From Mobula hypostoma (lineage: Eukaryota), in the NCBI RefSeq assembly GCF_963921235.1, contig NC_086097.1, positions 244,158,001-244,222,000 on the forward strand: a stretch of DNA of 64,000 nucleotides. Direction: 5' to 3'. Below, one piece after another: positions 51,915-64,000 of the stretch; positions within the stretch are counted from its first letter, which is position 1; the number at the start of each line of letters is the position of its first letter. The notes beneath the pieces are model-generated. The model was not told where the DNA came from, did not search any database, and worked only from the letters and a program-made list of their open reading frames with translations. Both the position numbers and the translations under genes were made by a program.

Positions 51915-53266
51915 TAGAAACATAGAAACCCTACAGCACAATACAGGCCCTTCAGCCCACAAAGCTGTGCCGAACGTATCCTTACCTTAGAAATTACCTA
52001 GAGCTCTCTATTTTTCTAAGCTCCATGTATCTATCCAAGAGTCTCTTAAAAGTTCTTATCATATCCTTCTCCACCACTGTCGCTGGCAGCCCATTCCACG
52101 CACTCACCAATCTCTGCGTAAAAAACTTACCCATAACATCTCCTCTGTACCTACTTCCAAGCACCTCAAAACTGTGCCCTTCCGTGCTAGCCATTTCAGC
52201 CCTGGGAAAAAGCCTCTGACTATCCACATGATCAATGCATCTCGTCATCTCGTCACCTCTAACAGGTCACCTCTCATCCTCCATCGCACTAAGGACAAAA
52301 GGCCAAGTTCACTCAACCTATTCTCATAACGCATGCTCCCCAATCCAGATAACATCCTTCTAAATCTCCTCTGCACCTTTTCTATGGCTTCCACATCCTT
52401 CCTGTAGTGAGGCGACCAGAATTGAGCACAGTACTCCAAGTGGGCTCTGACCAGGGTCCTATATAGCTGCAACATTACCTCTCGGCTCCTAAACTCAATC
52501 CCATGATTGATGAAGGCCAATGCACCGTATGCCTTCTTAACCACAGAGTCAAGCTACACAGCTGCTTTGACCGTCCTATGGACTCGGACCCCAAGATCCC
52601 TCTGACCCTGCACACTTCCAAGAGACCTACCATTAATGCTATATTCCGCCATCATATTTGACCTACCAAAATGAACCACTTCACATTTATCTGGGTTGAA
52701 CCCCATCTGCCACTTCTCAGCCCAGTTTTGCATCAATGTCAATGTCCCACTGTAACCTCTGACAGCCCTCCACACTATCCACAACACCCTCAACCTTTGT
52801 GTCATCAGCAAACTTACTAACCCATCCCTGCACTTCCTCATCCAGGTCATTTATAAAAATCACAAAGAGTAGGGGTCCCTGAACAGATCCCTGAGGCACA
52901 CCACTGGTGACTGACCTCCATGCAGAATATGACCCATCTACAACCACTCTTTGCCTTCTGTGGGCAAGCCAGTTCTGGATCCACAAAGCAATGTCCCCTT
53001 GGATCCCATGCCTCCTTACTTTCTCAGTAAGCCTTGCATGGGGTACCTTATCAAATGCCTTGTTGAAATCCATATACACTACATCTACTGCTCTACCTTC
53101 TTCAATGTGTTTAGTCACATCCTTAAAAAATTCAATCAGGCTCGTAAGGCACGACCTGCCTTTGACAAAGACATGCTGACTATTCCTAATCATATTATGC
53201 CTCTCCAAATGTTCATAAATCCTGCCTCTCAGGATTTTCTCCAGCAACTTACCAACCACTGAAGTA
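51915..53266 (-). mobile_element. CR1 LINE RT/3' fragment, relatively young
   Basis: ORFs 52717..53277 ([19 protein letters not shown]) and 52245..52544. Confidence 0.9.
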
Positions 53267-54020
53267 AGAAGATACATTCAATCTGTGCATATGAGCTATC
53301 TTATGTATTCATATTTATATTTGTTGTTTTTTTTTGTTCTTTGTTTTATTGTGCTGCATTGGATCTGGAGCAACAATTATATCATTCTCCTAGTCCTGTA
53401 CGCCTCTCGTCACCACCGGAGATTCTACCAACAATGGTTGAATCGTCAGCAAATTTATAGATGGTATTTGAGCTATGCCTCGCCACACAGTCATCTGTAT
53501 ATAGGGAGTAGAGCAGTGGGCTAAGCACACACCCCTGAGGTGCGCCAGTGTTGATTGTCAGCGAAGAGGATATGTTGTCACCAATCCGCACAAATGTCGT
53601 CTTCTGGTTAGGAAGTCGAGGATCCAATTGCAGAGGGAGGTACAGAGGCCCAGGTTCTGCAGCTTCTCGATCAGGATTGTAGGAATGATGGTATTAAATG
53701 CTGAGCTGTAGTTGATGAACAGCATCCTGACGTAGGTCTTCAGACTCCTGTACCTCCTCTCTGATGGTAGCAATGAGAAGAGGGCCCTGAATGATGGATG
53801 TTGGCATTGCCATTTGAAGATATCCTCAATGGTGGGGAGAGTTGTGCCCATGATGGAGCTGGAGCTGGAGCTGGCTTCATTTACCACTCTCTGCAGCTTT
53901 TTCGACCGTAACGTGTTTCAGCGCTACGTTTTTAATTTTTGAACATTTATACTGCCTCTGAAATAGGAAGGAGGCACAGGAAGACGGGGAGCTGCTCAGC
54001 GTGACCTTGTTACCAGGTAA

Positions 54021-54090
54021 CTGGGGAGGGGGCCGCTACACTGTAAGAGAGTGAATACCAGGTCTCACAGTGAACCGGTCTCTTTGCCAG
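54021..54090 (+). ncRNA. MIR128-2: miR-128 precursor hairpin (miR-128-2 type); mature 3p at 54065-54085, 5p arm 54028-54050
   Basis: Exact mature miR-128-3p TCACAGTGAACCGGTCTCTTT. The 5p arm GGGGGCCGCTACACTGTAAGAGA pairs with it, and the loop GTGAATACCAGGTC resembles miR-128-2. The ARPP21 intron is the known host of miR-128-2. A CNNC (CATC) motif sits 17 nt downstream. Confidence 0.97.
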
Positions 54091-55834
54091 GAGCCACATT
54101 CCATCTGACAAAACTATTGCCTCTGTATCAGAGAGTAAAATCAAAATGTGTTGCTTTTTTTTCCTACGCTGTTTTTCAAGTACTTACATTTGTTTTGGAA
54201 ATGGGCTAAATTAAATCTTACGAGGATGCTTCAGCTAACAAGTATGCTTGTTCAGACCTGAGTTAGATAAATACTAATTAAATAACCATAATGTTCAGTT
54301 GCTGTACCATTGAAGCATTTTAATCAAATGTATTTAAATTACTGAGTGAACTATCTCACTGAGAGTGTGGAACAAGCTGCCAGCTGAAGTGGTGGATGCA
54401 GGTTCAGTTTTAACGTTTAAGAGATGTTTGAATAGGTACGTGGAGGAGAGAGCTCTTGCGGACCATGGCCTGGGTGAAGGTAGATGGGACTAGGGGAAAA
54501 CCAGGCTGGGACAGACTAGATGGGCCGAAAAACCTGTTTTGGTGCTGTTGTGCTCCATGACTCTATTAATATTGTTTGTATTTATAATTGTTAATTTCAA
54601 CAACTGGTTTATTGCTGTCATTGCGGCTCTCTGTCGGTTGGGGACAACCATGGATGTTGCGTCCCAGCTGTCCACGTGATATGCAAGCCAGGGCAGTACG
54701 ATATGGTGAACAAGCTGTTGCCCGTGCAGCAGGCTCCCCCTCTCCGCACAGCTGATGAATCGAAAGGGATGGCAGGGACCGATACAGTGGTGTTGCAGGA
54801 TTTGCCAGTCAGCACTGAGCTCAGTGTAGGACTACCTTAGGGTCTGCAGCTCGAAATTTTTCCCTCAGGGTTTACTCCCAAAGCCTTCCACATGAGTGGG
54901 TCTAGCTGCAAGGAAGCGGAGGCTGGGGATCAAAGTTTTCCTTCTCCTAGCTGAGCTGCCAACCACAGCCAATGAACCCCTCCTTTGACCCTTCTCCTGT
55001 CAGTAGAAATGGTTCCGCCAGGCTTAGTAGCTAAACCAGATGTGAAGGCCAGGAACTGGATATGGTTGTCAGAGGCTGTTTGAGATGCATATAATCAGTA
55101 GAGGGAGCTTATCCTGACTACCATCCCCAGCTACAGCAAACTTAAAGAACGATTGTGTTCATATGTACTGATATACAGTGAAAACCTGTCTTGCATACTG
55201 TTCGTACAGACCAGATCATTGCAACAGAACATTGAGGTAGTACAAGGAGAAACAATAAGGTGTAACAACGACAGAGAAAGTGCAGTGCAGGTAAACAATA
55301 AGATGAAAAATCATAATGAGGTAGATTGTGAGGTCAGAGTCCAATTTATTGTACTCGGGAACTATTCAATCGTCTTATAACAGCAGGATAGAAGCTGCCC
55401 TTGAGCCTGGGGGCACGTGCCTTCAGGTTTTTGTATCTGTTGCCTGATGGTAGGGGGAGATGAGAGAAAGTACAGGGTGGACAGGGTCTTCCATTATGTT
55501 GGCTGCTCTACCAAGGGAGCAAGAAGTATAGACAGAGACCGTGGAGGGGAGATTGGATTCCATAATGTGCTGCTTATTTTGAAAGATATATATGTGAGTC
55601 TGTACAAGTTAATTGGTTATTGCCGGTTCCAGAGAATTATGTTTGATGTCTATCGCTAATGGATAGGGTGAGTGAGGGTGGTGTGTGCAGGTTGTCACTA
55701 CTGCGTCAGAAAAGGTGTCACCTCTAACAAGTCACCTCTCATCCTCCTTTTCCCTGAAGAGAAAAGCACTACCTCACTTAACCTATCCGCATAAGACATG
55801 CTCTCTAATCCAGGAAGCATCCTAGTAAATCTCA

Positions 55835-56660
55835 TAGTTATAGAACACCACAGTACAGAAATAGGTTTTTCACCCCATCTACTTCATGCTGATCCTTTTA
55901 AACTACATAGTCCTATGGACTTGGACCTGAACCTATAACCCTCTCATCATTATACCTATCCAAATTTCTCTTAAAAGTTGAAATCGAAATCGTATCCACC
56001 ACATGCTGTCAGCTCATTCCACATTCTCACCGCACTCTGAGTAAAGTAGTTTCCCCTCATGTCCCCCTTCAACTTTTCACCTTTCACCCTTAAGCCATAA
56101 CCTCGAGTTCTAGTCTCACCCAACCTCAGTGGAAAAAGCCTGCTTGCATTTACCCTAAGTACACCCCTCATAATTTTGTATACCTCTGTCAAATCTCCCC
56201 TCATTCTCCTACACTCCAGGAAATGAAGGTCTCACCTATTCAGCCTTTCCCTATAACTCAGGTCCTAAAGTCTTGGCAACATCCTTATTAATTTTTTTGC
56301 GCTCTTTCAACTTTATTTACATCTTTCCATAGGTAGCTGACCAAAATTGCACATAATACTCCAAATTAGGCTTTACCAATGTCTTTCGCAATTTCAACAT
56401 AACATCCCATCTCCTGTACTCAGTACATTGATTTATGAAGGCCAACTTACCAAAAGCTTTCTTTATGATCTTATCTGCCAATGATGCTACTTTCAATGAA
56501 TTATTGTTCTCTATTCCCAGATTCCTCTGTTCTACCGCAGTCCTCAGTGGTTGGTCCTCCCAAAGTGCAACACCTCACATTTGCATGCATTAAATTCCAT
56601 CTGCCATTTTTTCAGCCCATTTTTCCAGCTGGTCCACATCATGTTGCAAGCATTGATTGT
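55835..56660 (-). mobile_element. CR1 LINE 3' fragment
   Basis: MRGDLTEVYKIMRG and WQMEFNACKCEVLHFG motifs. Confidence 0.85.
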
Positions 56661-56692
56661 CTTCTTGATGGGGTGGTTGGGGCAGAGGGCCA

Positions 56693-57045
56693 TTACCAGA
56701 AGTTTGAGAAAGCCTCCAACCTGATGGCATGAACATCGATTTCTCAAACTTCTGGTAACAGCTCTCTTCCTCACCATTCCCCATTCCCATTTCCCTCTCG
56801 CACCTTATCTCCTTACCAGCCCATCGTCCCCCTTTGCTGCTCCTCTTCCTTCGCTTTCTTCCATGGCCTTCTGTCCTCTTCTATCAGTTTCCCCCTTCTC
56901 CAGCCCTTTATTTTTTTCACCAATCGACTTCCCAGCTCTTTACTTCACCCCTCCCACCTTCCGGTTTCACCTATCACCTACTACCTTGTATTTCTTCCTC
57001 CTCTCCTCCCAACTTCTTACTCTGACTTCTCATCTTTTCTCTCCA
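56693..57045 (+). mobile_element. Penelope-like fragment with residual 5' inversion
   Basis: SLQPDGMNIDFSNF coding remnant. 19-bp inverted arms at 56693-56711 / 56740-56758, followed by a pyrimidine-rich pLTR. Confidence 0.75.
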
Positions 57046-57104
57046 TCTGCCTGTCCATCTATAACTATTGCATTGAAATATAGGCAGCTCAGGATAGTAG
57101 TCGC

Positions 57105-58140
57105 ACCATGCTCAACTTTTGATTCCTAACTTTGTCTGAGGTCCTAACAACATCTGCCTCCACAGCCTCACCACTAACTGCTCTGGCACTCTGGTTCCCA
57201 TCCCCCTGGAACTCCAGTTTAAACTATACTGTGCAGCATTAACAAACCTTCCCGTTAGGATATTAGTCCCCCTCCAGCTCAGGTGCAAGCCACCCCTTTT
57301 ATACAAGTCCCACCTTCCCAGGAAGGAAGCTCAATGATCCAAATCTATTATGCCCTCCCTCCTACACCAACTCCTTAGCCAAGTATTAAACTGTATAATC
57401 TTCCTGGTTCTGTCCTCATCAGCATGTGGCACAGGTAGCAATCCTGAGATCACAACCCCGGAGGTCCTGCCCTTTAACTTAGCACCTAACTCCCTGAACT
57501 CTCTATGCAGAACCTTGTCACTTATCCTACCCAAGTCATTGGTACCTATATAGACCATGACTTCTGGCTGTTCACCCTCCCACTTAAGAATCCAAGGTAT
57601 CCCAGACCCTGGCACCCAGGAGGCAACGTACCATCTGGGAATCTCCTTCTCACCCACAGAACTTCCTGTATGTTCCCATAACTAAAGAATCCCCTATCAC
57701 CACAGTGTGTCTCTTCTTCCCCTTCCTTTCAGAGCCACAGAGCCAGACTCAGTGCCAGCGACCTAACCGCTGTGGCTTTCGTCTGCGAGGTCATACCCCA
57801 AAACCATATCTAAAGTGGTATACTTGTTGAGGGAAATGACTACTGGAGTACTCGTGTACTGGCTGCCAATCCTCTTTCCCCCTCCTGATGATGACCTAGT
57901 TACCTGTGTCCTGCATCTTCAGTGTATGTATCTCGCAGTACATACGATCTATCAACCCCTCAGCCTCCTGAATGATCTGGAGTTCATCCAGTTCCAACTC
58001 CTTAATATGGTCTGTTAGAAGCTGCAGCTGGATGCATTTGTTGCAGGTGTAGTTGTCAGGGACACCAGGGGTCTTTCTGCCTCCTTATATTTCACAAGAG
58101 GAACATTCCTCTATCCTGCCTGATATCCTCACTGTTCTGA
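57105..58140 (-). mobile_element. CR1 LINE ORF1 (SGNH esterase) remnant
   Basis: EGEQPEVMVYIGTNDLGR...VVISGLLPVP...FNTWLRSWCRREG and YKRGGLHLSWRGT. Confidence 0.82.
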
Positions 58141-58514
58141 ATGTGCAATAAGAAAGCCTACATCTCTCCTCACCAAAGCCTCAAGGAGCCACAGCCTCAA
58201 CTCCCCACTCTAACACTGGCCCACTCACACAATGCCCGCTCCCACAATGGCTCCCACTTAAACCTAGCATCTTTTTATTGGATCATGCCAAGTGGCTGAT
58301 TATGCGCAATTCAGTGTCTCCTCAGGAACTGTGGTGCATACAAATTGCCGACTGCCCTGGCTCACTTCTTTCAAACTCTCCCTCCCTCTATGCTATCCAA
58401 TCAACCAATTTCCCCCAGGATCAATAAAGTATGACTATGACTATGACTGTGTCTCCTTGGGAACTATGGCTCTCAAGATCTCCTCTGCGCTAATCTCCTA
58501 ACAGACAAAATAAA

Positions 58515-59540
58515 TGAAGCTTTGGAGAGCAGTCTGTTCAACTACAACCAGTTCAAGACCAAAAACAAGGTCAGCACCACCACTATCATGGAGCTTCGAT
58601 ATGTAGATGACAACACCATCTCAGCACACTCTGAAGAAGCCTTCCAATTTATCCTGAATGCCTTTGCCAAGGCATTTAGAGCCCTGGGTCTTGTCTTGAA
58701 TATAAGAAAAGATACAGGTCCTGTATCAGCCACCACCCAACTAGCCATTTATTGAGCCCACCATAAAATTTGATGATATTTCCCTTGATAACAAAGGTCT
58801 CTTTGGCTCAGAGATCAGCCACTGCCTGAGTAGTGCTCAGATGAAGGAAAAGAGTCTTTGAAGACCGAGTCCAAACAAAATTTTTGGACCCTAGAGCAGC
58901 TGTCCTTCCTTCATTACTGTACGGAGCTGAATCATGGACCACCTACGGTTGACACCTGAAAACCCTGGGAACAATGCCACCAAAGAGCCTTACAAAGGAT
59001 TTTGAGGATCAACTGGAAGGACAGGCACACCAACACCAGTATACTGGGGGTGGCCAACATGTATAGCATCTCCACCACAATAAAGCAACAGCAACATGGA
59101 TAGGTCATGTCATTGGAATGCCTAACTCATGTTTCCCCAGACAGACCCTTTATTCCCAGATGAAGAAAGGTCAGCCAGCCACCAGTGGGCGAAGGAAACA
59201 CTTCAAAGATAGAATCACGATCCGCCTGAAGAAATTCAACATTACCTCTAAAAACTGAGAAGACATTGCACTCAATAGGTACAGCTGGAGAAATCTATTC
59301 AAGAGGGAGCTGTGCTACACGAGAACAAGTGGCAGCTGTGAAAGGAGAGACTGACAACCAAAAGACCCAAACACTAACCACAGCCACCACTTACTCTTAC
59401 CCACCCTGCACCAGAATATGTGGATCCTGGATCGTCCTCTACAGCCACCTGAGAGGTTGATAGACCATAAGTACGTATCCAACAATAGACAAGCCCTCAG
59501 GAGAACATCAAACTTGATTCAAGTGATCATACTAATACGA
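58515..59540 (+). mobile_element. RTE/BovB-clade LINE remnant
   Basis: ELRYVDD..ISAHSEE.FQ.ILNAF...LGLVLNIRK RT motif and a C-terminal CTRIC.S.I.LYSH.R zinc-knuckle remnant. Confidence 0.8.
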
Positions 59541-60442
59541 CGTTGTGGTGACAATAATTTCTGGATGACATTGTGTCTATCAAATTGGACCAGGCACACC
59601 TTGTCTGTCATTTCTATCAGATGTGGAAGTAATAGGTTGTAATAATTCAAATTAACTTTGAAACAATGGTCAAGGTCAGTGGGTCAAATGACCTTTTACC
59701 ATTTTGTCTGACTCCAGCTTAACGTGATTACAGTGCAGTGAATCATGTTCAGTTCTCTCTAATCCAGGCAGCATCCTGGAAAATCTCCTCTGCAGACTCT
59801 CCAAAGCTTCCACATCCTTCCTATGATGAGGCGACCAGAACTGAACACAAGGATGAACTATATTCGTCATATATATTTACACGAATTAGGAATTTGCTGT
59901 TGTGTATTGGTGTCATCATTATCAAGTGCCTTTTACACCGCTGGCATTTAGGGCATCAGTGAAGGTCCTCCAACTCTATCTGCCTTTAGCCATTTTCTCT
60001 GTTGTGTCCCAGGTGTGTGGTTCACATTTCTGCAGTCATATAGATCCCAGGTGGAGACTCAGGAATACCGTTGTACACAGATATAGGATTCTTCATTGCT
60101 GATTCTATTTTGACCAGTCAGGGTTGTTAGCCCTAAGTTGAACCACCAAACCTGGAGGACCGGTGGACCACTCTTAGTCTGGCCTCTACCCTTTGACCTG
60201 TTTGGCATAGATGACCTGACCAAAAGTCAAAACACAAGGTCCTGGCTCCAGTCACTGAGGCATGCAAACCACCAAACCCTGCGACAAGTTTGTGGTCTCT
60301 TAGAGGTGTATGTTGGTGTGGCCTACAACAAAAAACATTCAACAACTATAGAGAATAAAGAATTAGGTAAAAAAAAAATAAAGAGGTTAAACTACAGATA
60401 TGGAATAAAATATGCATAAATACAGAAATAATGGCATACATT

Positions 60443-60753
60443 GTGGGCACGTGGCCAAGTGGTTAAGGCATTGGACTAGCTACCTGAAGGTCGTGAGTTC
60501 GAGCCCCAGCCGAGGGAATGTGTTGTGTCCTTGAGCAAGGCACTTAATCACACATTGCTCTGCGACGACACTGGTGCCAAGCTGTATGGGTCCTAATGCC
60601 CTTCCCTTGGACAACATTGGTGTCGTGGAGAGGGGAGACTTGCAGCATGGGCAACTGCTGGTCTTCCATACAACCTTGCCCAGGCCTGCGCCCTGGAGAG
60701 TGAAGACTTTCCAGGCGCAGATCCATGGTCTCGCAAGACTAACGGATGCCTTT
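60443..60753 (+). mobile_element. tRNA-derived SINE with TSD
   Basis: A box tggccaagtggttaagg and B box gagttcgagcc. TSD ataatggcata(c/t)att at 60428-60442 and 60754-60768. Confidence 0.87.
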
Positions 60754-61914
60754 ATAATGGCATATATTTACTATATAATCATTTTTAAAAAGTGGTTTAA
60801 AGTGTTTACTGTGCAGTGATGGGCTAACTAGAATGGTTGATCAGATTAACTGCCTGGGGGAAGAAACTTCCAAGCTGGTATGAAGTTTTTGTTTTAATAG
60901 TCCTATAGTGCTTTCCAGAAGGGAGCTTTTGGAAAAGACAGTTTACAGAGTTGGTAGTGTCTACAATGATTTTCCCTGCTTGCTTCTGTGTCCCAGACAC
61001 ATACAAGTCCAGCAGAGATGGTAGACTGCAGTCAAGACCCTTTCTGCTTACCTGACAGTTTGCTGTAGCTTTTGAACGTTGTGAGCGGATGCTGCACCAA
61101 GCCGGACTGTAATATCTGATGTGAGGATGCTCTTTATGATGGCAGTGTGGAATTGCACCAGTATGTTCAGGGGAAGATGGGATTTTACCAACTGCGTTTT
61201 TACTACTTAGTACTTTGTACTTTACACGAGTGTGCTCTAACCAGAGTTTTATAGAACTGTAACATTACCTGGTAGAATTTATAACGAATTCAGGTTCAAA
61301 TTCAAGTTTAATTGTCAGATCCAATTCAGAGTCAGAGTTAGGTATAATATCACTGGCATATGTTGCAAAATGTGTTGTTTTGCGGCAATGGTACATTCCA
61401 GCACATAATTTTAAAAAACTATAAAGTACAATAAGAAATATATATAAATGTAATCAAATAAATAGTGCAAAAAGAGAGTGAAAAAAGAAAAAAAATGAGG
61501 TCGTGTACATGGGTTCACTGTCCATTCAAAAATCTGATTGTGCTGGGGAAGAAGCTGTTCTTAAAATCTTGAATGTGTGTTTTCAGGCTCCTGTACCTCC
61601 TCGCTGATGGTAGCAATTTAAAGAGGGCATGTTCCAGTTGATGGGGGTCCTTAATGACAGGTGGCACGTCATTGTGGCATCGCATTTTAAAGAGGTCCTT
61701 CATGCTGGGGAGGCTCGTGCCCATGATGGAACTAGCTGAGTTACAACCCTCTGCAGCTTTTTCTGATCCTGTGCATTGCCCCTCCGTACCAGATGGTGGT
61801 GCAGCCAGTGAGGATGCTCATTCAACCATACACATTTGTACAGCTGAAGGAAACTGTTCCTCCGGGTCCAAGGTGCAAAACATAGCACATACAGTCAAAA
61901 ACACCTCACAGCTC

Positions 61915-64000
61915 ATATAGAACATAGATCAGTACAGCACAGGAACAGGACCTTTGGCACACAATATTGTGCCGAACTAGCTAAAAAGCAAATCAAAAAC
62001 AGCCAAATATGAATCCATCCTACCTACACAATGGTCCATATCCCTCCATCTTTCTCACATTCATGTGCCTACCTCAACATCTCTTAAAAGCTTCTCACGG
62101 ATTTGCCACTGCCACCATACCAGGCATCACATTCCAGGCATCCATGACTCTCTGAGTAAAAAACTTACCCCTCACGTCCCCTTTGAATCTATCCCCTCTC
62201 ATCTTCAATGCATGCCCTCTGGTATTGGACATCGCTACCCTGGGAAGCAGATATACACTGTTAACTCTAGCTGTGCCTCTCATACTCTTGTAAACCTCCA
62301 TCAGGTCTCTCCTCAGCCTCTGTCACTCCAGAGAAAACAACCCGTTTACCCAGCCTCTCCTGATAGCACATCCCCTCTAAACCAGGCAGCATCCTGGTAA
62401 ACCTCTTCTGCAACCTCCCCAAAGCCTCAACATCCTTCCTATTGTGTGGTGACTTCAACGGTATGCAATATTCTAGATGTGGCCTAACCAGAGATTTATA
62501 AAGTTGCAACATAACCTCTTGACCTTTGAACTCAATGCCTCGACTATTAAAAGCAAGCATTCCATAAGCCTTCTTAATTACCTTATTGACCTGTATAGCC
62601 TCTTTCAAGGAGTTATGAACTTGGATCCCAAGATCTCTCTGCTCGGCAATACTGTTAAGGACCTTGCCCTTAATAGTGTACTGTCTAGATAGATAGAAAA
62701 CCTTCAGCACAATACAGGCCCTTCGGCCCACAAAGCTGTGCCGAACATGTCCTTACCTTAGAAATTACTTAAGGTTACCCATAGCCTTCTTATTTTCTAA
62801 GCTCAATGTACCAAAGTCTCCTTGCTTTTGCCCCACCGAAGTGCATCATCTCACATTTATCTTGGTTAAACTCCATCTGCAATTTCTCTGCCCATACCTG
62901 CGACTGATATATATATCGCGCTGTATTCTTTGCCAGTCTTCTACCAATCTTGCTATCATCTGCACATTACTAACCCACCCATCTACATTTTCATCCAGGT
63001 CATTTATATACATCACAAACAGCACAGATGCTTGCAGAGCACCACGGATTACAGACCTCCAGTCCAGTTTGAATAAGTCCCTTCAACCTCTATCCTCCGT
63101 CTTTCATGGGCAAGCCAGTTCTGAATCCAAACAACCAATTCATCACGGACCCCATGCATCTTAATCTCCTAGATTAACCTCCTTTGAGGGACTTTGTCAA
63201 GCACCTTACTAAAATCCTTGTAGACAACATCCACCGCCTTACCTTCATCAATCTCTCTCATCACCTTGTCAAAAAACTCAATTAAGTTTGTAATACATGA
63301 CCTGACCCACACACAGCCATGTTGGCTCTCTCTAGTTAGGCAATGGATTTCCACATGCTCATGTATCCAACCCCTAAGAATTTTCTCCCACAATTTCCCT
63401 ACGGCTGACGTGAGACTCGCCATTCTATAGTTCCCAGGTCTTTCCCTTGTTCCCTTCTTAAATAGAGGTACAACATTAGCCACTCGCCAGTCTTCCAAGA
63501 CCTTGCCTGTGGTTAAAGAGATTCATCAAGGGCCCAGCAACCTCATCTCTTGCTTCCTTCAATAACTCGGGATAATTCCCATCAGGCCCTGGAGACTTAT
63601 CCACCTTTTAGGAGGCCCAACACTTTCTCTTCCTTGACCTCTAAAAGCCCTAACATATTTACTCAGCCCTATACACTCAGCACTGAACTCCTGGTCCTCC
63701 ATATCCTTTTCCTTGGTAAATACAGAAGCAAAGTACTCATTAAGTATCTCACTTCCGATCTCTGCATTCAAGCAAATGTTCCCCCCGTTTATCCTTGAGT
63801 GTTTCCAACCTCTCCATCATTATCCTCTTGCTCATGATGCATGTATAGAATGTTTTGCGATTCACCTTAATCTTACTTGCCAAACACTTTTCATAGTCCC
63901 TCGTGGGTTTCCTAAATAACTTCTTTAGATCTTTTCTGGCTCCTTTATACTCCTCATGTGTTTCGTTTGATCCTAACCTCTGAAGTCTTACATCTCCTTT
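61915..64000 (-). mobile_element. Degenerate CR1 LINE ORF2 running off the window
   Basis: EDWRVANVVPLFKKG, DFSKVLDKVP and YKSLVRPHLEYC motifs. Confidence 0.88.

Noticed and set aside
44381..64000. Remaining 3' ARPP21 exons and stop codon
   Set aside because: I found no sequence resembling the expected YQPVL...SYQ or terminal exons, so they probably lie beyond the window.

Overview
This is eukaryotic vertebrate DNA. The repeat content (CR1, Rex1/L2-like and RTE LINEs, HE1-like SINEs, Penelope-like elements) suggests a cartilaginous fish, probably a ray (inference). The whole window lies inside one + strand gene, ARPP21 (R3H/SUZ-domain RNA-binding protein family). Eight internal GT-AG coding exons (5577-44380, 1177 nt) splice in frame into the low-complexity S/P/Q-rich part of the protein. 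The intronic microRNA miR-128-2 hairpin is at about 54021-54090. Almost everything else is nested transposon debris: CR1, Rex1-like, RTE, a Gypsy LTR relic, hAT, piggyBac, mariner and SINEs. The most striking non-genic structure is a recurring family of fold-back (palindromic) Penelope-like element insertions. They have 10-14 bp target-site duplications, an unpaired tail of about 30-45 nt, and minimal hammerhead-ribozyme motifs. Family assignments come from recalled motifs, not database searches, and repeat boundaries are approximate unless a TSD or TIR is given.
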